64,000 bases of DNA from Pelomyxa schiedti (lineage: Eukaryota; Protista; Evosea). How positions within the stretch are numbered: position 1 is the stretch's first letter; every line of letters starts with the position of its first letter. Made by a program: the position numbers and the translations under genes. Below the pieces are notes generated by a model that did not search any database, was not told where the DNA came from, and saw nothing but the letters and a program-made list of their open reading frames with translations. Below are positions 52,480-64,000 of this stretch, in pieces. The DNA is taken from positions 62,001 to 126,000 of the forward strand of contig JAHLWZ010000792.1 in assembly GCA_020536535.1 (NCBI GenBank). The letters run 5' to 3'.

Positions 52480-55200
52480 TGAACTAACAGATGCTGGCAC
52501 TCTGCAGAGCTTCTTCTTTCTGCTATGTGTCACACTGTCTTCTTGTGGTCTCATCATTTGTTTCAGGAATAACCAATATTTCACCCAGTATCACTGGTAT
52601 CTCCATTATCACCAGTATCGCTGGTATCTCCACTCTCTTTTTGCACACAAACACAGCTGTACCAACACCAACCCAGGTTCAAATAACCAACACTCACTTG
52701 TATCAATCACACAGTGCACTCTGATAGTTGATTTTCCTCTTGGAAATATTTCCTGAAAAATAATATTGGCAACAGACACAGCACGTTCAGTTCCAGTGAG
52801 ACCATTATTCCAGAAATAAGTGTTTACGAGCTTTGAGAAGATTCAGTCAGCTTGCATTCAGTATTGCTCCAGGTATTTTCCACAAAATCAGCTGTAGAAA
52901 CTGACATAGTGCATAAGGTATTTCCGGAAATAAGTGCATCGATTCGGAAATATCTGACAGTAGTTCTCCTTTGGAGTTGCTGCTCATTCAAGCTTGACAG
53001 TTCAAGGATTCTCAGCATCTTTGTTTCCTTACTAGCTTGTGCTTCCTTAGAATATTTCGCCTTTCTATGCTGAGTGACAGAACAGGTATGCTCACTTCCA
53101 GTGTCTCCTTCCTAACTTCATACTAGTATTTGCTTCTATTGAATGCAGAGGGCTTTATTGAATTCCGGCTCAACAATTGACTACAGTGATTGTGTTCAGC
53201 TCTCCAGTCAAAGTTTTCTCATTCGGGACTATTTCTTGCTTGACAGCACATTGACTTGGGTGTGTCCTCTGCTAAGTGTTTTTGCCAACTTCTAATTTCA
53301 AGTAGAATTCTGCTTTCCGAATGGATTTCATGCTAGATCAGGTTTGATTCAGCAAAGACTGGTTCAGAATTTCTCCCTTGAATGATCGTTTCCTCTCAGC
53401 TGAATTACGGATCGGAATCTTGATTCAATCTCCTTGACAATAGTATTCCATCAAATGATGCAGGTAAGCTTTGACTTTGTATTTCAGCCTTCTGACTTGC
53501 CAATAGATTCGGTCCTTCTTGACCTTTGAGTCTCTCATGATGATTAGGATGGTGACAATGATCTGTTTCGGACTTTATGCTTCAGTATTTCACTTTTCCT
53601 GCAGTGCCATTGATTCATTGATTTCTTGCACTATGGTTCTCTGATTACACGCTCCTTCAGTTCTCCAGACACTTCCTTCATTTTTTGGAATGGTTGGCAC
53701 AACTTGAAGTATTCCAATGTTTAACTTGCCGACAGATGACTTGATATTTGGCAAGCCGACCTCTGACTTCTCTTATGAGGAGTATTTGTTCACTCTAGTG
53801 CACGAACACGGACAATTTCTTCAGGTAGTACAGATGATTCTTCAAGTATTAATGATTCTTCAGGTCCAAATGAGGTGGCTCAATTTCAATGATAAGGGTG
53901 CCAACAATATCCCACCACTTCTAGAGCTACTCCTTTCTCCTATGGGGAAACATGTGTGCAAATAATAAGAACTAGAATCGTCCCACAGGGCGTTTCAGAA
54001 TCCAGTCCATCAGCGATAGGCTGTTTCCAGTAATGGAGGCTGTAATTATACTTCAAACTTCGTCCCAGCATGACAGACGGACCATCAGCGATAGTTATAC
54101 TGCCACTTTGGGGAAACTCACATGATAATGATGATATAGACTTCAATCTTCGTCCCAGCATGACAGGCGGACCATCAGTGATAGTCACACCGCCACTTTG
54201 GGGAAACTAACAACATGATGATGACTTCAGCATTCATTGCAACATTTATCTATAAATTTCGTGAATGCATGGCAGTAAAAGGTATAATTAAATTCAATAA
54301 ATGGTTCATAACCTTGTATCAGGTGTTGACTTGAGCTTGATAATTCTGCTATGAAGTCATAATGCCGGTAAATATCCTCCAAGCAATTATCTGCAATTCC
54401 TGGAAGTATTTCCATGATGCCAGCTGCTTCACAACCACTTGTGCCACTTGCAATCCCACAAATTACTCTTGCACCACTTGCATTGCTCACACCTTGATCA
54501 GGAATACACCACTTGACTCAGAAATTCACCACTTGCAATCGGGAATGTACCACCAACTCTTTCCCTTGCTCACAATCCAGAGTACAACCACCACTTGCTC
54601 CTTTCTGCTCTCTGTTCCTGCCAGGTGTGTACCTTGCCAAAATTCAACCTTGTCTAACTCTTGAGTAGAACTCTTGGATGAAGTTGAGGATGAAGCCACA
54701 AGTCACAAATGATATGTGACAATCGACGTTGGGGGACTACAATAAAAAGAAAAATTACACACGCTAGAGTTAGGGGTTCCCTTGATGCACCTAAGTGTGC
54801 AAACAAAAAAAAGAATAATTGTAGATGGAGAATGCTGCACCCTAGAATCATCATATGCTGGAAGGGAAGAAACAACCCCACACTTCAGCTGTCCCAAAGG
54901 GAATCCCGTCTTGGTTAGTGTAGTCAGTCCTGATTCAGTTGCTTGTCAAATCATACCTGACATTATGTCTTGCACAAGAGTATGTATGTATTGTTACAAG
55001 CCTCCCACTTCATAAAAGCAAAAAAATTAATAACATGGGGTGCAACTCACCACATCGAGCCATTGTAGTTACTAGTTGTAACACCACTCCTTGTGCTATA
55101 CGTGCAATTAGGGAAATGAACTCCTCAGTGATGACTGGATTGGGACTTGTCTTGCCTGTGGCCCCAAACCAAGCCGTAGACACCATCAAACAAAATGATC
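52480..55200 (-). pseudogene. Decayed, apparently intronless low-complexity (Glu/Thr/Val-rich) coding-like sequence
   Basis: Purine-rich minus strand with short coding-like runs (EESLILEESSVLPEE, GDTSDTGDNGDT, recurrent GCAAGTGGTG) broken by frequent stops. Confidence 0.35.
54051..54230. repeat. Two-copy 90-bp tandem repeat
   Basis: cttcaaacttcgtcccagcatgacagacggaccatcagcgatag... at 54051 and cttcaatcttcgtcccagcatgacaggcggaccatcagtgatag... at 54141. Partial third copy at 54007. Confidence 0.9.
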
Positions 55201-55268
55201 GTTCCGTAGTTACATTACTACGGAACTTGGAATTTTGTTTTTAAATCACCAAATCAAAGTGGTTGGGT

Positions 55269-56167
55269 TTAGTGTGGTGCACGGATGAAGAATTGTGTGT
55301 ATGGGCATATCATGTTGGATTCCCAGGCAGACCTTGGCCGTCCATCGTCATGTGTGCCGGCATAGACACCAGGCAACATGTTGGGTGAAAAGGAGTACAC
55401 GTTATTGCCGTGGGAAATAACTGTGAATAGGCTCTCTGGTCCGTGTGGAGTGCCCTTTGGGAGTGTGACGTTTTGGGAAAGAAATTTAGGAAACGTACTG
55501 TAGCATCTACAGTCTGCGTTACAGGGTTGAGGCGTAACCACATGTGAGGTAAATGTGCAGATTGAAATCTCACAAAAGGTCCCTACGTATTTGGTTGGGG
55601 AGTGTCAGCACATATGGAAGCGGTGATACCTCGAAATAAACGTTGAAATGTGTATATGGGCCACCGCACCCATTGAAATCAATATAACCAGAATCCATAA
55701 CTCTCAGCTCTCGCTGGTGAACCATAGATTGTAAGCACACTTGGCTACCAGGAGAAAGTGATCCCTGTTGTTTTTCGTTAAGTTCCTCTCCACTGCCGCG
55801 GCGTCGCCGTTAACAAACTGTATTGCCAGGGAAGGAGATAAACCGGAAGTACAGGAGAGTAAACTGGCATTGGCGTCATCATAGGCATAGGCTGCATCAC
55901 AGGAGTCGGACTGACATAGACCGGAGGTGGCTGAACAACCACCACCTTGGGCTGCGTGTAAACTACTTTCGGAGGAGGCGGCGGGCAGTACACTTTCGGC
56001 GGCGCCAAGATAGCGGCGGCAGCAACAGTTGCGGCGGCACCAAACATCGCGGCAGCAGCGACAGATCCCGGAGATCCGTAATGATGGACAACGTGAGGAG
56101 GGGGAGGAGGGTGATGGAAATGAGGTGGCGGGTGGTGTACGTGTGGAGGAGGATGGTGATGATGCAT
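55269..56167 (-). CDS. His/Pro-rich N-terminus + fascin-like beta-trefoil domain
   Basis: MHHHHPPPHVHH. Spliced repeats CLQSMVHQRELRVMDSGYIDFNGCGGPYTHF, RFQSAHLPHMWLRL..VDATGTPHGPESLF, YSFSPNMLPGVY. Confidence 0.65.
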
Positions 56168-56399
56168 TTATGCGAGATCTCTTGCCCTTTCTTCTTTCTG
56201 TTTTTATTTATATTTTATGTTATGATAACAGTTTTAATTTTTTCCCTTTTTCTTTCTGCTGTTTTGTGTAACGGCTCATAACTGCAGAGATTGAGGCTCT
56301 AAAAATAAATTTAACTAACTTGACCTTACTATTCGCCGGGCGAAAAAACGAACCAGAAAAACTTAAAAAAAAGAAAAAACCAAGAAGATGCTGTCTGTC

Positions 56400-57546
56400 G
56401 TAGCTGGAGGAGGATGGGGCACCTTGTCATGTGTCTCTGTTCGTCCATACGCTTCACTATGTACACTTTCCATACCTGTTTGTCGCGTTTCTGTTGCTAG
56501 ATCTTAACTTCTACGTTGCTTTGGTCTTTTTAGGCACGGTACCAACCAAGGTCGTTTCGACACGCGATAACAAGCCTCGTGCTCGTGTACAGCGTGCTTC
56601 GATGCATACTTTCATTCAACAAGTTGGTGTAACACACTTTTCGGATTTAACACTTATTGTGGTGATAGGTCTCCCCGGCCGGTGATTTTCTACCTTCGCC
56701 GAGTTACCAAGTTGCCGTTCGCATGGTTCATGTTTCCCCTTTGAGACCAATGCTTTCACACTTTGTTTTTGCTCCTTTCACTAACTGTCTCCTTGGGTCT
56801 GCCCAAAATGTGGTGTGCACAGTTGTGTTTTCCCTCCCAATCGTAATCGTATTAATTCAGAGGAGCCTTGGAACCGCCTCGTTACCCAGAGAGCCATGCG
56901 TTCCTTGCTGCCCTCAGCTTATTGCAAAGCTTCCGCAAGCTGATATTGATGTACTTAAACAATTGTCCGAACGTTTGGGAATTAAAGTGCCTGAGAATGC
57001 AACTGCCGTGTGCAAGTTCTTATCCGCCTTTCTATATTTACTTTTAAAAGGATCAACTGCGTGAACTTGTCAAGAAGGAGCTTGAAAAGAGTATTTCCCT
57101 TTCACCCCCCAAACAAGTTTCAACACTTACCCAATCAAGGGGTCGCCTGTGACAAGTCCAAGCCAAAGGAAGCTAAGAAGGGCAAGAAAGGCAAAAAGGA
57201 CAAAGCCAAGAAGGGGAAGAAAGGCAAGAAGTGTAAGGGGAAGTGCAAGGGCAAGAAGGGAAAGACATTCAAGGATGGCAAGAAAGAAATAGTTGTGGAC
57301 CTCAAGAAGATGTCTAAGCCAGAGGAGAAAGGTGACAAACCGGAAGAAAAGAAGGAGGAGAAGAAGCTTTCCAAGAAGGATAAGAAGAAGGCCAAGAAAC
57401 AAGCAAAGAAGGATAAGAAAGGGAAAAAGGGCAAGAAGGGGAAGAAATCGAAGAAAGACAAGAAGAAGGACAAGAAAGGCAAGAAGGGCAAAAAGGGGAA
57501 AAAAGGGAAGAAGGGAAAGAAAGGCAAGAAGGGGAAGAAGCACTGA
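56400..57546 (+). CDS. Highly basic protein with HeH/Rho-N-like motif and KKG-repeat tail
   Basis: Spliced DVLKQLSERLGIKVPENATA|DQLRELVKKELEK|R, then about 130 aa dominated by KKG/KKD. 5' exons uncertain. Confidence 0.6.
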
Positions 57547-57654
57547 TTGTAGTGATAGCTTTTCCATGCAAACCAAAACCAGTCGAAACCAACAATAAAA
57601 AAATTACTTGAGGGTCTTCCTATTGTTTTCGCTCTAAGAAAAAAATTTTTTTTG

Positions 57655-58619
57655 TTACGAATTTGAAACAGGCACAAAGTCGAAAAGTTCCCATGGTCCT
57701 GAACCAAATTGGCAATTCACAATTCCATAGCCAGAACCCTCACTCCTTGCAGGCCCCTGGCCATCCACACGCAAATAGCAGTTTTCAAATTCGGCAGACC
57801 TGATTGCGTAGTGTCCTGAAGTAGGCACGATCACGAACTTCTCCCACGGCCCCAGGCTGCCTTGGCAATTGACCACCCCACAACCTGGTCCCGTTGGGGT
57901 CTTGACAGAATTGCCATCCATCCTGATGTAACTATTCCATTGCATGCTTCGGAATCCCACTGTGCCGTTGCCTGCGGGCACTATTTCGAATTTCTCCCAT
58001 GGTCCAATGTAGCCTTGGCAGTTGATTATACCGTATCCACAATCTGCCCCCCGTGCCGGCCCCTTAGCATCCATGCGGATGTAACTCCCAAACTGCACAT
58101 TGCGGATAGCAACAATTCCGCGTACGGGAGAGTCACAACTTTTGGTGGGAACATCTGCACAGTGACATAAGATAATATTTATGTGCGATGTATGTACCGG
58201 ACCCTGGGGAACAAGTAATACCTCCCGATTGTGCAAGAAGGCTGCACATAGAATGGTTCTTGTACAGGAAATTTGCACAGCACCCAGCCCCCTAGTACAA
58301 AACCAAAAAGGTTGGAAAATTACAATCAACGTTAAGCTGAAAATACTTGAATAGTAGTTGAGGCTTGATCCACGGGACAAAAGATAGACGTTTGGCCAGT
58401 TCGACTAGCGTTACGAACCATCTGGTCTAAACATGAAAGGCAGAAAGTGTGCATGCAATTAAGGGCCCTTCATAGGAATCAGCAAGCCACAAACAAATTC
58501 TCATTGTTTCATTTCCGAATAATCACAAACAAACATAACAACCTTGGCTCGCGAGCGCCCAAATCAAATCGGTTGTGGCATAAAAAACAACTCAACGGTT
58601 CAGCTCCATACGTTGCCAT
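57655..58619 (-). CDS. RING finger + fascin-like beta-trefoil (putative E3 ligase)
   Basis: CFLCHNRFDLGAREPRALNCMHTFCLSCL..IFCPVD. Three repeats of R(M/V)D(G/A)...G.G.(I/V)NCQ...GPWE(K/L)F. Confidence 0.85.
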
Positions 58620-58863
58620 CACTCACTAACCGAAAGTTTTTTTTGTTTCTTGTTGCCAGAGCTTATTCTCAGGAATCTGATAACCAATTGATCCAAGCAC
58701 CGAGCAATTGAGGGAGCTGCCCACACCACAGCGTTCGCTTTGGGAAGGTGACCTTGGCTGACGTCTTTCTGCGACACACATTCCCGTTCCGGATTCAGCT
58801 AAAAGCTCTCGCAAGTTCAGAGCGAGGAACAGAAGAACAAAACAACCGAGAAAGTGTGAAGAC

Positions 58864-59748
58864 ATGTCGGGCAGAGAAGCACCAAGGAGGATGATGGGAA
58901 AGAGGGCCCCACCCAGCAGAATACCAACAAAGCCAGCAACTCCATCCACCCCCTCCAACCCACAATTCGATGTATACACACCCTGCCTACCTGAAGTCTT
59001 TTTTCCTTACTTTTTACGTTTCCCATTTCTTTCTTCTTCAGGCTGATTCGCTGTCAGAAGTCTGGCGGGACTTGTTCACGAGAGCAGGCGTGACACACCA
59101 GGAACTGATAGAAAAGCCGATCCAGAGGCTCCTAATTTCATCTGTAACAGGAAGCACTTCAGCAACTGCGCTACCATCAACTGAAACACTAAGTTCGTTG
59201 TTAACACCTCTTACACACATTCCTGGCTTATTCCATACTGTTTGTTTGTTTGTTTGTTTCCTAATTCCTTTGATAGACACTGATATAGCTGTTGCACTGA
59301 TGGAAAGTGCAATGGACACGTGGAGAAGAGAACACCCCCGCACCGAGTTACGGGACCCAGCCGGCCATGTTTTGAGGAGAACAGCACTTACAAGTTTGGT
59401 TGGTGCCATATTATATTATTAATTAATACATCTCCTTCTCCCCAGCAACAAATTCAACTCTTTCGTAGGAAAATTATGGAGGGACTTATGCATGTGACTT
59501 GTGTGACCATGAACATGGCGAGCCATACCACTGCGGTGTTTGTAGGTATAATTATTGTTAGTTGTTCCAATCAGAAACGAAATACCCAAAACTCATTTCA
59601 CACAGTTATGACCTGTGTTCACTCTGTGCACAGAAGCTTTTTGGCCAGCCTGTGCTTGGATGATTGTAAAAACAAAGCCAAAACAATACAAAGAAACTCA
59701 AATTTTCTTATGTTTGCGTTTCTTGGGCTGGCCCATTTTGTTTCTTAA
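58864..59748 (+). CDS. Hypothetical protein
   Basis: MSGREAPRR exon, EVWRDLFTRAGVTHQEL (weakly like the WASP GBD helical part), plausible introns. Last exon uncertain. Confidence 0.45.
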
Positions 59749-61222
59749 ATGGCATCACCAGTACAAAAGTGCATTAAAACAGCAGAAAGTCCTGAAGCAG
59801 GTCCCAAAAACATTATGCGCTTGCCTGGTTGTGGTGTGGCCCCAAAGAGCAACCACATTGCAGCACCAAATGTTGCTGTGGAGATGTTACCGTACTTGGG
59901 GTAAATGTGTAGTGGTTTATCAACAACACCCAGTGGTGCTAGTAGTTTGTCCCATTGGACTTTGCTAAAGAGTGTTAGTTTGTCATCAGGATTCTTGGAG
60001 TTACCTGTGAGAATGAACTAGGAGGTGGTCACATTCAGTAATGAAGTGAACAAGTTTAGGATTGGTCTGCAAAATTTTCGCTGTTGCAGAGTTTCCAATG
60101 AATCCAAGAGCTCTATGGTCACAGTTCATAACCCACCCATGAAGGGTGTAAGGGTCATTAACATTCGGTTTTGAAGTGGTAGAGGAAGATGTCGGTGGGG
60201 TTCCATGAGGAGTTTTTTCCCCATACAGAGTGGATTTGAATCGCGGATCAGTGGAGGTAGGTGTGTATGAAGGGGGATGGTATTCTGGTAGATATTCCAT
60301 GAAATTAGGAAGGCAGACTGTCGCAGCGCCGGCGATTGAGCAGTCAGAATGGAAAGTAAAATTCCAGGATTTGTTTGTACTCTTTCTGAGGAGAATGAGG
60401 GATGTTGCACATCCCATTGACAGGCCAGCAAAGAGTCTTGTCAATTCTTCATCATCTGCTACCATGCGGTTTGCAGCGGTAGGGGATTGTGCGCCATCCC
60501 AAAATTCAGCAGCAACAATGAGAGCATAGTCTTCAGTCCTGAGGGAAGATTAATCTCAAGTTACGTTTTTTGCCATAGGATTAGAGGATTATCACTTACC
60601 GCAACTGGTCAGACAAAAAAAGGCTGTATGCTAGAGACATCGCTCTATGTGTATTTCAGAATTGGATTAAAAAAGCAAAAAAAAAAAACCTCAGTGTTCC
60701 ATTGCATGCCTCTGTTACATCAAAAGCCTGGGCATCACGTATTCCCAAGGACTGACAGACCAAAGAAGCTTGGCTTGGTTCAATCACACCTTTTCCGCTT
60801 GTTGATTGTTTTTAAAGCTTATAAAAGAAAATACCTTTTGTGACAGATGTAAAGATCACCAGCTGGATGGGAGTTAAAAAAAAGGAACAAAGCCAGAAAG
60901 TATTACCTTGATTGAAGACTTAAATTCCTCTAACCTCGAAAATGCTTTGGCGATGTACTGCAAAGCAGTAACTGACGTGTCACTCCTCAGCGCCCTCGTA
61001 ATAGCACCAGACCTTTCTCAGCCGTTAGGGTTGTATGATTTTTTTTTATTAACAAACACAACAACAACAAAAAAAAGGTGTGCAGTCAGTCGCACACCTC
61101 GAGAACAGCATGTTTATGCCCTCAACAGGAGCACCTGGGTTTACCTTCAAGATCTCCCCTATTACCTCCTCATTGGTGACGAACCTGTCACCAAACTCCA
61201 CCGACACACGATGAATGTCCAT
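59745..61222 (-). CDS. 3-oxoacyl-ACP synthase III / OleA-like condensing enzyme (thiolase fold)
   Basis: FVTNEE, IEPSQASLVCQSLG..FDVTEACNG (Glu and catalytic Cys), YALIVAAE, FAGLSMGCA, DHLLVHSHS (His), YPKYGNISTA (Asn), GPASGLS. Several GT-AG introns. Confidence 0.87.
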
Positions 61223-61475
61223 TTTTTTTTTTTTATGTTTCTTCTGAACAAACAGGGAAAAAAACTGTGTTTCTTCGGTTTTTTCCAACACCGAATACTA
61301 CCGTGCATCATGCCTGATAATCACACGTGGCACCATCACTTTATTCTATTGATATCAACTAGTGGCAGTGCTCTATGGAGCCGTAGATCTGGTCGTGTGT
61401 AAAGTGACGTAGTAGTCGGTAGGTAGTACTTTAGTGCCCACCGCCTCGGATCTGAGCTGATCTGACCAGGGTGCC

Positions 61476-64000
61476 TCACGAGTCGTCCGAATCTTCTTCG
61501 CTGTCGCTATCCTCGTGGGTGGTTTTGGTGGGCGGGAAGGAGTGCAGGCGGACGCCCTTCTCCTCCAACAGCCCCACGATCTGCCTCAGCTCCGTGGGAT
61601 TCATCATGTCGAACAACTTGTCGTCCTTGAGTGCCACAAGCCACATCGCCTTCGACCAAGGAACGTGCCGCACTCCTCGGAAGTAGCTCGATTTGCTTGA
61701 TTTGGCATTGTCACCTGAATAGCGGTAAGTGTTTCTCGGATTTCGAAGGTGTTTTTTTTTGTTTTTTTTGTTTTTTTTGTTTTTTGTTTTTTTGTTTTTT
61801 TTTTCTTTGTGAAGGCTCTTACCTTGTTGTGTTAGGTATTTCAGCAAGAAAAGCCACAAGCCGGGAACTGCTTGGGCATCTGCATTCATCAGTGCACGCT
61901 CACAGAGAGCGCGAACGCGAACTGGACTGTGCAAAACGACTTCCTCCATCCGTATCGCAAACATCCACAGTAGAGCATTGTGGTGGGTCATGTGGTGAGC
62001 CAGTAAGTCGTCAAAGAAAGCCCGCATGCGGAACGCCATGTGTGCTCGCGTTTCGGCACATGCATAAAGCGTGGAGAAGAATGTATTGGAAGGATAGTGC
62101 TGTAGTGAATCCGCGCAAGAAGCCCGCAATTGCGTAGGTGAAGTGAATGATGTAAGTGAGTGCCAGTAGAGAAGGCGAGCTCTGTGTTCGGCAATACACT
62201 CATGCAAATATGTCGCGGGAGAAAACATCATTTTCAAGACTGCATCATATACAACCAGTGCGGCGTCAACTCCCATAGACAGGTACTGAAATAATGCATA
62301 ACACAACACCAGTTCGACTTGGTCATAGTTGACTGTTGCAGGTTGGATCCTAGAAATTTGCTCGGCATAAAACCTTCTTGCACGCAGGAGGGTAGTAGGG
62401 GAAATTGACACAGTAGCACCCTTCTTCACTTGAACATAAGGGGTAGATAAATCAGCCGCGGAAGCAATTATGTGCAGTGGAAGTAATGATCCTTGAGGTT
62501 CATTCTGCATGCACACTTGTGTGTATGCTCGGAAAAGAAGCCGTATGTCTCCTGCTATAGTCTTCTTAGAGCCTCGAGCCTGCGCTGCAGCTAAAGACAA
62601 GGCAGCTTCGTAAGTACGAGAAGATTCATTGGGATGCCCAAGGTACAATTCCATCTGAGCATAGCAGTTCCACAATTGAATGTCATTTCTATTGGTAGAC
62701 AGCAAACGTTTTGCTAGATTTCTGCATGTAGTGGCATCGCTGTGCCTTAGCTCCAGTAGCAGCCTGCCCATAGAGATTGAACTTTCTCCTTGGAATATAC
62801 TAACACACAAGTCTGCTGCTCTCCTAGCAAAGTCAAGTAATCCTCGGGGTAGCTGTGGCTGTTGTGTTGGGGAATTTCTATTGCGGTTCGCATATGTGTC
62901 CAGAACAGATTGGCCACAAAATGGTGCACACCACTCACTAGCCCATAGCCAACTTACAGAGCTTGCTTGGAAGTTCCTTTTTATGTCCTTTTCAAGAGCC
63001 AAAATACGAGAGCTCTCTTGAACAAGAACTGAAAAAACTGGGGATTGAGTGACGTCTTCAATGGATGACACTGTATCATGGAAATGCTGGGAACAAGTAG
63101 GCCAAGAAGAAGGGACTGGAATGCCAAGAAAGTGAAGAAAACGATGTGCTAGAGTGAGCTTCTCTGCAGGACTGGAGAAAGTTAAAGATAACAATAATTG
63201 GTAAACAGATTACCCAGATATCACGAATAGAAAATCTTGAATATCCTCGGACATTACTACTGTATCTGGGTCACTAATTTCAACCAGGTCTCCACTGGAT
63301 GAGACAGACAGTGGTCGAATGGGCTGCCACTGGTTTTTATCCTTTTCATCCTCTTCAGTGACCCAGTGTTTAAGTTTCAAGCGCCATTCAACTTCATCTG
63401 CTGGTGGTTGTATTTCTTGTTGAGCGTTATTTTGTAGAGTCTACAACAGCAGGGTGAGTTGAAACTCAAGAAAGAAATACCAGAAACCTTGGGAGCATCG
63501 GACTCGGATGTGGATTTATGATTTTCTACTTCAGTGGCTTGCATATTGACTTCTTCTTGTGGCTGGGTGTTGTTTTGGGGCGCGGCTGTGACGGTGTCAT
63601 GTGGCCGCTCAGGGGCTACTTCAACATCCACCTCCTCTTCCTCATGGTCTGATGTTGGGGAGGATGGAGAGTAACTTTCACGCAATACTGGGTCTTCCAT
63701 TATCTGATCATTGTTAAAACGAAATACGAGAGTTCTTTTGTACCTGTTTCTGAAGCCTCCTGAAAAAGGACTCCGTTGGGTTTTCATGGTCCAATTCTTC
63801 ATTCCATTCACTCCCGTTGGCATCACCGCCTGCTGTTTTTCTGTGCTCCTCACGCTGCAATCGTAGTCTATGCTCTTCCTCCTCAAGATGTCTTTTTGCT
63901 TCTGACTGCCTCGCTTGATCATCCTGTCGCTGTTGAAGCCATTCTCCCCATCCTGTAGGTGTAAGGCAAAAAACGCTATGCAAGAAGAAATACCTTTGGC
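61476..64000 (-). CDS. NRDE2: NRDE2 (HAT-repeat nuclear RNAi/splicing factor), 5' part outside window
   Basis: VVMSEDIQDFLF, RNDIQLWNCYAQME, LLWMFAIRME, RALCERAL, YFRGVRHVPWSKAMWL, LLEEKGVRL. Confidence 0.87.

Overview
Gene-dense, intron-rich eukaryotic DNA with short (about 40-70 nt) spliceosomal introns and weak 5' splice sites. It is most consistent with an anaerobic amoebozoan (Archamoebae, probably Pelomyxa). That assignment is an inference from a lineage-expanded 'YAREQFVAF...LPFDVV' family member, Dictyostelium-type P2X and Mroh1 genes, and intron-bearing genes of anaerobic-bacterial type. All gene models were spliced by hand, so internal exon boundaries are approximate. About 28 intact or near-intact genes are present, mostly in head-to-head/tail-to-tail pairs. 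Highlights: (1) a single spliced RhoGAP(no Arg finger)-SH3-Ras-CAAX gene; (2) a Cys-less pentameric ligand-gated ion channel tail-to-tail with a P2X receptor; (3) domains typical of selective-autophagy receptors in new architectures (CUE-UBA-3xSKICH-START, PTEN-NBR1 FW, MIU+UBZ, CUE-like actin); (4) a secreted cyanovirin-like lectin with an in-frame TGA right after its signal peptide; (5) an aberrant intron-per-repeat polyubiquitin inside a roughly 10 kb pseudogene-rich block, with a frameshifted Vps34 fragment and a second ubiquitin fossil; (6) prokaryote-type enzymes (ICL/PEP-mutase family, flavodoxin-2x[4Fe-4S], ThrB-like pseudoenzyme, OleA/FabH-like); (7) MSH5, MROH1, USB1, NRDE2. No rRNA, tRNA, CRISPR array or intact transposon was recognised.
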